This document shows positions 19,008 through 27,719 of a stretch of 64,000 bases of DNA, in pieces. Location of the stretch: positions 64,001 to 128,000 of the forward strand of contig CBDBOV010000006.1 of NCBI GenBank assembly GCA_965208575.1, read 5' to 3'. Below the pieces are notes generated by a model. The model was given only the letters and a program-made list of their open reading frames with translations. It was not told the origin of the DNA and ran no database searches. Source of the stretch: Spirochaetia bacterium. Lineage in GTDB: Bacteria; Spirochaetota; Spirochaetia; SZUA-6; Bin103. How positions within the stretch are numbered: position 1 is the stretch's first letter; the number at the start of each line of letters is the position of its first letter. The translations under genes were made by a program, and so were the position numbers.

Positions 19008-21011
19008 TCACTTCAGCCGGTGCAGGGGGACTCGGCGGGCGCCGTAGGCGGGCAGGTGGACCTGCTCGGGGCGGTAGCCGCGTGCCGCGGCGGTTACCGT
19101 CCAGGGGTAGCCGGAGCGGTTGATCAGGAACAGCAGGCTGCCGGCGGCGCCCTCCAGCACCCGCGCTTCGACCAGCGAGCGGTACTCCTCCGGCACCTCG
19201 CCGGACAGCTCGATGTCGGGCGGCACGGAGGCCGGCAGCCAGCCCGCCAGCAGGCGGCGCAGGCCGCGGTGCAGGGACCACAGGTAGGAGCGGCCCAGCG
19301 CGAAGGTGGCCACCAGGATGCGGCCCTCCGGTCCCGCGGCGACCAGGCCGGGCGCGTCCACGTCGCGGTAGCGCGCCAGTTCCGTGCCGGCGAACCGGCC
19401 CGCAAGCACGCGGTCGAAGAAGGCAAAGCCGCCGAACCCGCCGTGCGCGTCGTTCAGGCTCCAGCCAGCCATCCAGTGGTCGGGCCGGATCCACTCCCGG
19501 CACTCCATGCCGAACGACGCCGCCGCCCGCCGGCAATCGTCCAGGCCGGTCATCGGCAGCTCGGCAACCACGCGCCCGCCGCCGGCCACGTAGGCGGTCA
19601 TGCCTTCCAGCTCGTCCGCCGACAGCCCCAGGGGAAACGGCACCGCCAGCAGCTCGATGCCGCCGTCCGCCGGCGGAAAGCTGCCGCCGGTCACGAACGT
19701 GACCTCGTAGCCCAGGTCCAGGAACAGCCCGTAGAGCCCATACACCGTGTCCGCCAGCGGCGCCCCGCGGGCGTTGGCCTGCCACACCGTCTCGCGGCTC
19801 AGGTAGATCGCTACCCGCGCCGGCACCGTGCGCGCACCGGCCAGCAGTTCCGCATCACCGCGCAGCTCGGAGATCACCCGCTTGGTCGCCAGCCGCCGCT
19901 CGGTGTCGTACTCGTCGGCGTCCACCATGTGGTTGATCCACGGCTCCGGCCCGCTCAGGAGCGGCTCCCAGCGGTAGAAGAACAGCGCGTCGGCGCCGTG
20001 GCTGGCCACCTGGTTCACCTCGGCCTCGATCTGGATGCCGCGCCACAGAATCGAGGCACCGGCGTCGCGCCCGGCGCCGGCGTACGGAAAGGGCCCGCCC
20101 TGGAACTCGGTGATCCACAGCTCCTGCTCCGGCGCCAGTGCCTTCAGCAGCGCCAGGTGGGCGCCGGAGATCGCCGCCGTCTGCGCGCCGGAGCCGTGGT
20201 ACAGGCTCGATGAGGTGTAGTCGAGCCGCGGCAGCAGCCACCAGTCCTGCCCCTTTGCCTGCAGCCCCTCGAAGTGGGTGTAGTTGAAGCTCACCCGCAC
20301 GCCGGGGCACTCGGCGCGGATGATGGCGGCGCCCTCCAGCAGGAAGGCGGACAGCCGCCGCGCCGAGAACTCGCGCCAGTCGCGCCACAGGCCGCCGGGA
20401 TCGGGGTCGGCCTCGCGCGGCGGCTCCACCTCCGCGAATCCCGCGAAGGCGGCGTCAAAACGCGCGTTGACCGCCTCGATGCTGCCGAAGCGGCGCTCCA
20501 GGTCGGCCCGGTAGCCGGCCACCGAGTGCACGCAGTAGCACGGATGGTCACCCACGCCCAGGTTGGGCTCGTTGTGGATGTCCCAGTCCACGATCGCCCG
20601 GTGGCCGCAAAAGCGGCGTGCGCTCTCCCGCACCAGTTCGTCGCGGCGCCGCCGGTAGGCGGGGTGGTCGATGCAGGCGCGCGGCCACAGGTAGTGGTGC
20701 GGGCCCTCCGGATAGGCGGCGCCGCCGCGATCCACCACCTTGGCGTCCGGGTGCTCCTCGAAGAACGGAAAGCCTACGTAGAAGGTGGCGAACCCGAACA
20801 GCACGCCCACCTCCAGCTCCGCGCACAGGTCGAGCAGCCTCCCCACCTCGTCGATGTCGCTGTCGAAACCGATGCGGATGCGGATGGCGTCGAACCCGGT
20901 GTCCCTGATCACCGCCAGGTCGCGCCGCCAGTCCTGCTCGCCGCGCGGCAGCCACTCGGGGCGCGCCGCCATGCCCCCGAACGGGTACTCGTAGTGAGTG
21001 CCGAATATCAT
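19008..21011 (-). CDS. Beta-galactosidase-like glycoside hydrolase (GH42)
   Basis: WRRDL..IRDTGF, WDIHNEP, CYC, WITEFQGG; ATG overlaps the permease stop. Confidence 0.85.
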   Translation of the reverse strand: MIFGTHYEYPFGGMAARPEWLPRGEQDWRRDLAVIRDTGFDAIRIRIGFDSDIDEVGRLLDLCAELEVGVLFGFATFYVGFPFFEEHPDAKVVDRGGAAYPEGPHHYLWPRACIDHPAYRRRRDELVRESARRFCGHRAIVDWDIHNEPNLGVGDHPCYCVHSVAGYRADLERRFGSIEAVNARFDAAFAGFAEVEPPREADPDPGGLWRDWREFSARRLSAFLLEGAAIIRAECPGVRVSFNYTHFEGLQAKGQDWWLLPRLDYTSSSLYHGSGAQTAAISGAHLALLKALAPEQELWITEFQGGPFPYAGAGRDAGASILWRGIQIEAEVNQVASHGADALFFYRWEPLLSGPEPWINHMVDADEYDTERRLATKRVISELRGDAELLAGARTVPARVAIYLSRETVWQANARGAPLADTVYGLYGLFLDLGYEVTFVTGGSFPPADGGIELLAVPFPLGLSADELEGMTAYVAGGGRVVAELPMTGLDDCRRAAASFGMECREWIRPDHWMAGWSLNDAHGGFGGFAFFDRVLAGRFAGTELARYRDVDAPGLVAAGPEGRILVATFALGRSYLWSLHRGLRRLLAGWLPASVPPDIELSGEVPEEYRSLVEARVLEGAAGSLLFLINRSGYPWTVTAAARGYRPEQVHLPAYGARRVPLHRLK

Positions 21012-21877
21012 CCCTTGATGCCGGTGGTCACCACGCCGTGGATGTAGTACTTCTGCGCCACGAAGAACAGCGCCACGCTCGGCACCAGCACGATGATCGA
21101 CACCGCCATCAGGCTCGTCCAATCGGTAAAGTCCTGGTCCTGGAAGAAGCGCAGCCCCAGCGACAGCGTCATCTTGTCCATCGAGTGGATGTAGATCAGC
21201 GGCTCCAGGAAGTCGTTCCACACCCGGATGAAGGCGAACACCCCCACCACGCCGAGCACCGGGCGCGACAGCGGCAGGATGATCAGCAGGAAGCTGGCGA
21301 ACACCCCGGCGCCGTCGATGGCGGCGGCGTCCTCCATCTCCAGCGGGATGGTGAGGAAGAACTGGCGCACCAGGAATATGAAAAACGGCACCCCGCCGAA
21401 GAAGAACGGCACGATCAGCGGCAGGTAGGTGTCGATCCAGCCGAGAAACCGGAAGGTGATGAACATCGGGATCAGCCGCACGTGGAACGGCAGCATCATG
21501 GTGCTCAGCAGGATCACGAACAGGATGGTGCGGCCCGGGAACTCCAGGCGGGCGAAGCCGTACGCCACCAGCGAGGAGGAGATGACCGCGCCCGCCACCG
21601 ACAGCAGGGTGATGACCGAGGTGTTGAAGAACCAGCGCGTGAACGGCAGCGCCGTCCAGCCGTCGCTGAAGTTGTTCCAGCGCAGCGGCCGGGTGAACAG
21701 TTGCGGCGGATAGATGAACTCGGTGCCCGGCACCTTGACCGCAGTGGACAGCATCCAGATGAACGGCGCCAGGATCACCACGCCGCCGGCGGCCAGGGCC
21801 GCGTACACGAACGCCAGCGTGATGCGGCGCTTGAACGACTGCCGCTCGTAGTAGCGAACCAGGGTGGTGCTCGACAT
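21008..21877 (-). CDS. Carbohydrate ABC transporter permease
   Basis: AYGFARLEFPGR, EDAAAIDGA, WNDFL. Confidence 0.93.
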   Translation of the reverse strand: MSSTTLVRYYERQSFKRRITLAFVYAALAAGGVVILAPFIWMLSTAVKVPGTEFIYPPQLFTRPLRWNNFSDGWTALPFTRWFFNTSVITLLSVAGAVISSSLVAYGFARLEFPGRTILFVILLSTMMLPFHVRLIPMFITFRFLGWIDTYLPLIVPFFFGGVPFFIFLVRQFFLTIPLEMEDAAAIDGAGVFASFLLIILPLSRPVLGVVGVFAFIRVWNDFLEPLIYIHSMDKMTLSLGLRFFQDQDFTDWTSLMAVSIIVLVPSVALFFVAQKYYIHGVVTTGIKG

Positions 21878-21893
21878 GATGCGCTCGTTCCGC

Positions 21894-22757
21894 CTACTTC
21901 CGCGACTCGTAGTACACCCAGGCCGCCGACGAGCGCAGCACCACCAGGGTCATGGCGAGGATCAGCACGAACAGGAGCCACGCCTGGGCGGCGGCGTAAC
22001 CCATGCGGTACCACTGGAACGCGTGCCGGTACAGGTACAGCACGTACATCAGGCTGCCGTGGTTGGGGCCGCCGTCGGTCATCACGTAGGCGGGCGTGAA
22101 CACCTGGAACGACTGGATGATGCCCATGATCAGGTTGAACAGGATCACCGGCGAGATCATCGGCACCGTGATCTTCAGGAACCGCTGCCAGGCGTTGGCG
22201 CCGTCCACGATCGCCGCCTCGTAGTAGGAGGTGGGCACGTTCTGCAGCGCCGCCAGGTAGATCAGCATCGGCCCGCCGACCCCCCACAGGCTCATGATGA
22301 TCAACGCCGGGATCACCCAGGTCTCGTCCGCCAGCCAGGCCGGCCCCTGGATCCCGAATACCTGCGCCAGGAACAGGTTGAAGATGCCGAAGCGCGGGTT
22401 GAAGATCCACACCCACAGCAGCGACACCGCCACCCCCACGATCACGCTCGGCAGGTAGTAGATGGTGCGGAAGATGCCGAGCCCCTTGATCTTCTGGTTG
22501 AGCAGCACGGCGATCAGCAGCCCGAACACCAGGTTGAGCGGGATGCTCAGCGAGTACAGCGCGGTGACCTTGACCGACTTCCAGAACAGGGGATCGTCGA
22601 AGAACAGCTTGGCGTAGTTCTTGAGGCCGATGAACTGCGGCGTGGAGAGCGCGTTCCAGTTGGTGAAGCTCAGGAACAGCGACGCCAGCAGCGATCCCAC
22701 CACGAACACCAGAAAGCCGATCACCCACGGCGAGATGAACACGTACCCGGCGATCAT
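21894..22757 (-). CDS. Carbohydrate ABC transporter permease
   Basis: FIGLKNY, YEAAIVDGA, MGYAAA. Confidence 0.93.
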   Translation of the reverse strand: MIAGYVFISPWVIGFLVFVVGSLLASLFLSFTNWNALSTPQFIGLKNYAKLFFDDPLFWKSVKVTALYSLSIPLNLVFGLLIAVLLNQKIKGLGIFRTIYYLPSVIVGVAVSLLWVWIFNPRFGIFNLFLAQVFGIQGPAWLADETWVIPALIIMSLWGVGGPMLIYLAALQNVPTSYYEAAIVDGANAWQRFLKITVPMISPVILFNLIMGIIQSFQVFTPAYVMTDGGPNHGSLMYVLYLYRHAFQWYRMGYAAAQAWLLFVLILAMTLVVLRSSAAWVYYESRK

Positions 22758-22960
22758 GCGCTTCTGGTGGTAGGTATACAGGGCCGCCCTCCGGCGCCGA
22801 GATTAACACAGCCCGGTGCCTCCGGCCACCGTAGCCCGGCGTGTGCTGCGTGCGGCTTGCGGCGGCCACGCGGGTTGCTTGGACCGCGGCCCGCCCCTTC
22901 CCGCCCCGGAGTGCGCCTTGACCGGCATCCAGCTCTGAGACACACTGTCCAGGTATCGAC

Positions 22961-23389
22961 GTGGTGCGACGAATCGGCGGCGTGTTCCTGGTCCTGGTGG
23001 CGGTCGCGGTGGCCGTCCATACCGTGGTCGAGCCGCTCTACCACGCCTCGGCCGAGGGCCAGCCGTACAGCCCGCTGTGGAGCGTCCTGGATCCGCTGAT
23101 GGTCGCCGCGGTCGCCGTCGGGGCGATCTTCGCCTGGCTCCGCAAACGCGCCGAGGGGGGCAAGCGGGACGGCACCACGGTCACCCGCGCGTGGCTGGCC
23201 GCCAACACCTGGTTCTACGGCCTGTTGTTCGTCGCCACCCTGCTGCTGTGGAGCTGGTTCAACCTGCTCAGCCCCCGCTACACCGCGGCCCCGGACGCTA
23301 CCACGGCGACGGTCTGGATCATCATCGACGCCCTCCTCCCCCTCCTCCTCGCCTCCCTCGGCATCTCCCTCCTGCGGCGACAGGAGTAG
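22961..23389 (+). CDS. Hypothetical membrane protein (about four TM segments)
   Basis: Four hydrophobic stretches, host-like codon usage. Confidence 0.7.
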   Translation: MVRRIGGVFLVLVAVAVAVHTVVEPLYHASAEGQPYSPLWSVLDPLMVAAVAVGAIFAWLRKRAEGGKRDGTTVTRAWLAANTWFYGLLFVATLLLWSWFNLLSPRYTAAPDATTATVWIIIDALLPLLLASLGISLLRRQE

Positions 23390-23414
23390 TCAATCCGTTC
23401 CGACCGTGGGCGGC

Positions 23415-23855
23415 TCATGGAGGTGACTTCGTCGATGGGTCCTTCTCCGGGAGTTCCATTTGCGCTACGAGTTGGCGCGATATTGACGCCAAGTGTGGGT
23501 CTCGGTGGACCAGGACGGCGGAGTGGACGTGGGCGCACCCGGCGATCACCGCATCGACCAGGGGCAGCCGGGTGTCCGCCGATTCGCGCAACAGCATCGC
23601 GCTGTCGGCGGTCCGACGATCGACGATCAGGGTCGTGGTGAGTTCGTCGACGTACTCACGGAAAGCCCGCTCCACCTCTTGCGGGTCGTCCACCTCCACC
23701 GTCAGCCGGCCCTTCAGCTCGGGCAAGGACAACACGCACAGCGCGATGCGGTTGACGGAGTCGTGCCACAGCCGCTCTATCATCTCGGCTCCCGGCTCAT
23801 CGAAGTAGTGTGCAAGTATCGCCGAGGTGTCGAGAACGTGAGTGACCGCCCTCAC
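23415..23855 (-). CDS. vapC: PIN-domain toxin
   Basis: VLDTSAILA...E...DAVIA...VHRDPH; GTGA overlap with the antitoxin. Confidence 0.88.
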   Translation of the reverse strand: MRAVTHVLDTSAILAHYFDEPGAEMIERLWHDSVNRIALCVLSLPELKGRLTVEVDDPQEVERAFREYVDELTTTLIVDRRTADSAMLLRESADTRLPLVDAVIAGCAHVHSAVLVHRDPHLASISRQLVAQMELPEKDPSTKSPP

Positions 23856-24106
23856 GGCATCGTGTCTTCTCGTTCGCGTTCCTGCACGAGCGCGTCGACG
23901 GCACTGCCGGTCCGCTTCCGGTGCTGCAACCCGCGCCCGCGCAGCCTGGCAGCCACCGCGGCGACGGTCGGCAGGACCCGCACCTCGAGCACGTGCTCGC
24001 GCTCGGTGGCGCTCCACTGCAGGCGGGTCCCCGGCTCGATCTCCTCGGCAGCCGCAATCGCCGCCGGTACCGTGACCTGGTTCTTCCCCGTGACGGTAGT
24101 AATCAT
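23852..24106 (-). CDS. AbrB/MazE-type antitoxin
   Basis: TTVTGKNQVTVP...IEPGTRL. Confidence 0.85.
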   Translation of the reverse strand: MITTVTGKNQVTVPAAIAAAEEIEPGTRLQWSATEREHVLEVRVLPTVAAVAARLRGRGLQHRKRTGSAVDALVQEREREDTMP

Positions 24107-24240
24107 GGATTCATCATCGTCAAGTATGCATCATTGTCAAGGGACAGCGATTGTTTCAAGCTCCATCGGCATAGGCGCTGCATCGGTGCACGGGCGTGCC
24201 GGGGCGCAACTCTGTCCTGCTTCGCTGAGTTGTGCTACCA

Positions 24241-24286
24241 TGTCGTCACAATGCAGCGTAAAATGACGACAACTATTACATTTTAC
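24241..24286. promoter_or_regulatory. Two interlocked inverted repeats upstream of the AAA/DUF4143 gene
   Basis: TGTCGTCA..TGACGACA (24241-24271) and GTAAAATG..CATTTTAC (24258-24286). Confidence 0.45.
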
Positions 24287-24312
24287 TGCCTTCGCGAGGC
24301 TGGCGGCGAGCC

Positions 24313-25467
24313 ATGACGCCCTACCGGTCCCGCATACTGACCGCGCCCCGCTCGTCCTTCTTCCTGTTCGGTCCGCGCGGCACCGGCAAGACGACCTGGG
24401 TGCGCCACGAGTATCCGGATGCGTATCGCATCGACTTGCTCGACGAGGCGCTGTACCAGAGCTATCTGGCCGACATCGGACGATTCGCCGGCGAACTGCA
24501 GGCAGTCGCTCCGGGCGCCTGGGTATTCGTGGACGAGATCCAGCGCCTGCCCGGGCTGCTCAATGAAGTGCATCGCCACATCGAAGGCAGCGGTCTCCGC
24601 TTCATCCTGACCGGGTCGTCGGCGCGCAAGCTGAAGCGGGCCGGCGTCAACCTCCTGGGTGGGCGCGCGGTGCACACGCGCATGTATCCGTTCCTGCCAC
24701 ACGAACTGGGCACCGACTTCGATCTCGACACGGTGCTCCGGCACGGCAGCCTGCCCTTGGTGTGGAATGCCGACGACCGGGCAGCCGCGTTGCGATCCTA
24801 CGTGCAGCTCTACCTGAAGGAAGAGATCAAGGGCGAGGCGCTGGTGCGCAACCTCGCCGGCTTCGCGCGCTTCCTGCCGGTCGCCGCCCTGTTTCACGGC
24901 CAGACCCTGAACATAGCTTCCGCCGCACGTGATGCCGAGGTCAGCCGGACCACGTTGGCCGGCTACGTGGAGATCCTGGAGGACACGCTCGTGGCGTTTC
25001 GCCTGCCGGCGTACGATCCGAAGCTGCGCGTCCGGGAACGAAAGCATCCCAAGCTGTATTGGGTCGATCCCGGAATGGCGCGGGCGGCGGCCGGACGATT
25101 CCGAGACCTCGATCCCCGTGAACGCGGCCCCCTGTTCGAGGGCTGGATCGCCACCGTGCTCGCCAGCTATCGCGACTACCACGACGTGTTCGACGAGATG
25201 TACTACTGGGCGCCGGCGCAAGCACGCGATACCGAAGTCGACTTCCTGTTGCTGCGCGACGGCAAGTCGGTCGCCATCGAAGCCAAGGCATCCGTGCGGG
25301 TCCATGACCGTCACCTCGCCGGGCTCCGCGCCGTCGCCCCGCTGCCCGGCCTGCAGCGGCGAATCCTCACCTACACCGGTTCACGCCGCATGCGGACCCC
25401 GGACGGCATCGACATCTGGCCCCTGCCCGACCTCCTCGAAGCCCTGCACTCCGACCGGCTCTGGTAA
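24313..25467 (+). CDS. AAA_14 ATPase with DUF4143 domain
   Basis: GPRGTGKT, VDEIQ, LTGSS, KLYWVDPG, FEG, EVDF...IEAK. Confidence 0.92.
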   Translation: MTPYRSRILTAPRSSFFLFGPRGTGKTTWVRHEYPDAYRIDLLDEALYQSYLADIGRFAGELQAVAPGAWVFVDEIQRLPGLLNEVHRHIEGSGLRFILTGSSARKLKRAGVNLLGGRAVHTRMYPFLPHELGTDFDLDTVLRHGSLPLVWNADDRAAALRSYVQLYLKEEIKGEALVRNLAGFARFLPVAALFHGQTLNIASAARDAEVSRTTLAGYVEILEDTLVAFRLPAYDPKLRVRERKHPKLYWVDPGMARAAAGRFRDLDPRERGPLFEGWIATVLASYRDYHDVFDEMYYWAPAQARDTEVDFLLLRDGKSVAIEAKASVRVHDRHLAGLRAVAPLPGLQRRILTYTGSRRMRTPDGIDIWPLPDLLEALHSDRLW

Positions 25468-25473
25468 CGCGGC

Positions 25474-25914
25474 CTACAGTCCTATGGCTTCCTTGGCGCC
25501 GACAAACGGCACACCGCGCGCCGGGAGATCGTCCAAAGAGCGGAGGAAGTCGACGAAAGCGCCGCCGAATCCCATCGATTCGAGTTGGTTGACGAAAAAG
25601 AAAGCAACCTCCGATATCGGGTTATCTTCGAACTCCGGAGGAGGGACCCTGATCGTTCCCCCGACACGGCTCAGCCGAAACCCGGCGTCGAACAACGGCG
25701 GGTCGGTTCGATGGGCCAGAAAAACCAACGACTTTGCGTTGGTGTCGAGGCCGGTCTCCTCCCATACTTCCCGCCTGCATGCCTCCACCAGCGTCTCGCC
25801 GACCTCCACCGTACCCCCCGGAAGCGACCAACCCCTGCGCGCCGACATGCGCTGCTTCACCAGCAGAACACGATCGTCCTGCAGCAGAATCCCGGTAACC
25901 CTGACCTTGTGCAC
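25474..25914 (-). CDS. NUDIX hydrolase
   Basis: Nudix box GGTVEVGETLVEACRREVWEETGL; start uncertain. Confidence 0.85.
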   Translation of the reverse strand: MHKVRVTGILLQDDRVLLVKQRMSARRGWSLPGGTVEVGETLVEACRREVWEETGLDTNAKSLVFLAHRTDPPLFDAGFRLSRVGGTIRVPPPEFEDNPISEVAFFFVNQLESMGFGGAFVDFLRSLDDLPARGVPFVGAKEAIGL

Positions 25915-26248
25915 TGCCGCCAGTGTACCCACCGCAGCGGTCGTCAACAAACAGCGGATAACCGCCCGTAACTCCCCCAGCGGGTCCGCGGAGCTGCCTG
26001 CCGAACGACTGGGTTGAGCGTAGCGACTCGCGATCGCGATCAACGCCCAATGCGTCGTCATTTGATTCGAAGGACCGTATTGAGTAGCCTGCAACGATGG
26101 CGGTCGTTGATCAGCAGCTCGCCGACGCTGCCACGGTGGCGAGCACTGCACCCGTGCTGGGGCGGCGGCTTCGGACGGCGATCGAGTGGGGCGAGTCGGT
26201 CCTGCCGATCGTGATCGTGCCGACGGACCGCCCCGTACGGCCGCCGTC

Positions 26249-27433
26249 ATGAGAGCCCCGCAGCGGCTGTTCACTCCCGGCGCGGGGGCGGCTCCGCCGG
26301 CGCTCACCGGGCGCGAGCGGGAGCAGGGCGTTCTGACGCGGTGCCTGGCGGACTTGGCCGGCGGCAACGCCCCGCCACACGACGTGGCGCTGATGGGGCC
26401 GCGCGGCAACGGCAAGACCGTGCTGCTCAACTGGTTCACGCGCGCCTGTCATGACGCTGCCCGGATAGACGTCGTGCGGCTGTCGCCAAGCCTGGTACGC
26501 AGCCGGGAGGCCGTGGCGGAGGCCTTGTTGCCCGTGTCCGTCATCAGGAAGATCCTGCCCAGGAAGCTTGGCGTGGCGGGCGTCGGTCAAGCGGAGTGGG
26601 CGGCGCCGGACGTGTCCGCGCAAGAGCTCATGGAGCGGCTGATCGCCCGGTGCCGGAAGAAACCAGTGGTCGCGCTGGTCGACGAAGCGCACACGCTCAC
26701 GCGTGACGTCGGCCAACTGCTGCTCAATCTGAGTCAGGAGGTGCGCGCAAACGCGCCATTTCTGCTGGTGCTGGCCGGCACTCCGGGCCTGCCCGCCCAC
26801 CTCGCTACCATGAACGCCTCCTTCTGGAGCCGGCTGGATGAAGGGCGCCTCGGCATCGGTTTGCTGAGCGAGGCCGCTGCTCGCGCCGCTCTGATCAACC
26901 CACTGGCGGCCCACGGCGTGGGCATCGACGCCGACGCCCTCGACGCGGTCGTGGAGCACAGCCAGCGCTACCCGTACTTCATACAGGTCTGGGGAAGCGC
27001 GCTGTGGCAGCAGCGCCTGGCCATCGAAGCCACCCGGTTGACCGCCGCGCACGCGGACGCGGCGCGGCCTCAGGTGATCGCCCGGGTCACCGACTACTAC
27101 CAGGACCGCTATCGGGAACTGGAAGCGCACAGTGTGCTGCCGGCAGCAGTCGCGGTGGCGGCACAGTTCGGAAGCGCAGCCTCTACCGCAACCGACCGCG
27201 ACCTCGATGCCGCGCTCGGCGCAACTGGCGACGACGCCGCGGGCCGGCTGGCGGCGCGCGAGGAATTGAATCGGCTCGGTTACCTCTGGAGCCCGCCGGG
27301 CCAAGTGCCGCCGGTCGTCTGGGTCGCCGGCATCCCATCGCTGATGACCTACGTCGTCGACCGCGCCCCGCCCCTCCGCCCGCCCGCAGCCGGCGCCAAC
27401 CGAGGTAATGGAACACGAGACTCATCACGTTGA
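26249..27433 (+). CDS. P-loop AAA ATPase (AAA_16/STAND-like)
   Basis: FTPGAG..PP.L.GRE, GPRGNGKT, VDEAH, YPYFIQ. Confidence 0.88.
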   Translation: MRAPQRLFTPGAGAAPPALTGREREQGVLTRCLADLAGGNAPPHDVALMGPRGNGKTVLLNWFTRACHDAARIDVVRLSPSLVRSREAVAEALLPVSVIRKILPRKLGVAGVGQAEWAAPDVSAQELMERLIARCRKKPVVALVDEAHTLTRDVGQLLLNLSQEVRANAPFLLVLAGTPGLPAHLATMNASFWSRLDEGRLGIGLLSEAAARAALINPLAAHGVGIDADALDAVVEHSQRYPYFIQVWGSALWQQRLAIEATRLTAAHADAARPQVIARVTDYYQDRYRELEAHSVLPAAVAVAAQFGSAASTATDRDLDAALGATGDDAAGRLAAREELNRLGYLWSPPGQVPPVVWVAGIPSLMTYVVDRAPPLRPPAAGANRGNGTRDSSR

Positions 27434-27719
27434 CTCATTCTGGAGAGTAGCTCCGTTCACTCTGCGGGTTCGGTTCGACGACGGCCACTCCCAGGTTATC
27501 GACTTTCGGCCGGTGTTGAAGGGAGAGCTATTCGGACCGCTCCGGGATCGCGAACTGTTCGACCAGGTCGCGCTCGACCAAGAGGCCCGAACGCTCGTTT
27601 GGCCCAACGGGGCAGACTTCGATCCGGCCACCCTGTATCACTGGCCTGACTGCGGACCGCGGCTCGCCGAACTCGCGGCTACGTGGACTTCCGCTCGCGC
27701 ACCCGAGGGTCGACGTTGA
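27408..27719 (+). CDS. DUF2442-family protein
   Basis: LRVRFDDG...GELFGPLRD...TLVWPNGADFDP. Confidence 0.85.
   Translation: MEHETHHVDSFWRVAPFTLRVRFDDGHSQVIDFRPVLKGELFGPLRDRELFDQVALDQEARTLVWPNGADFDPATLYHWPDCGPRLAELAATWTSARAPEGRR

Noticed and set aside
18427-19785. 452-aa ORF suggesting a TIR fusion protein
   Set aside because: The N-terminal part overlaps GH42 in another frame; only the last 140 aa are TIR. The extensions on 13035-14393, 31431-33227 and 54126-55952 were trimmed for the same reason.
22757-22830. Possible frameshift at the 5' end of the sugar permease (GGAGG and GTG out of frame)
   Set aside because: An in-frame ATG gives a complete permease; a one-base error cannot be judged without reads.
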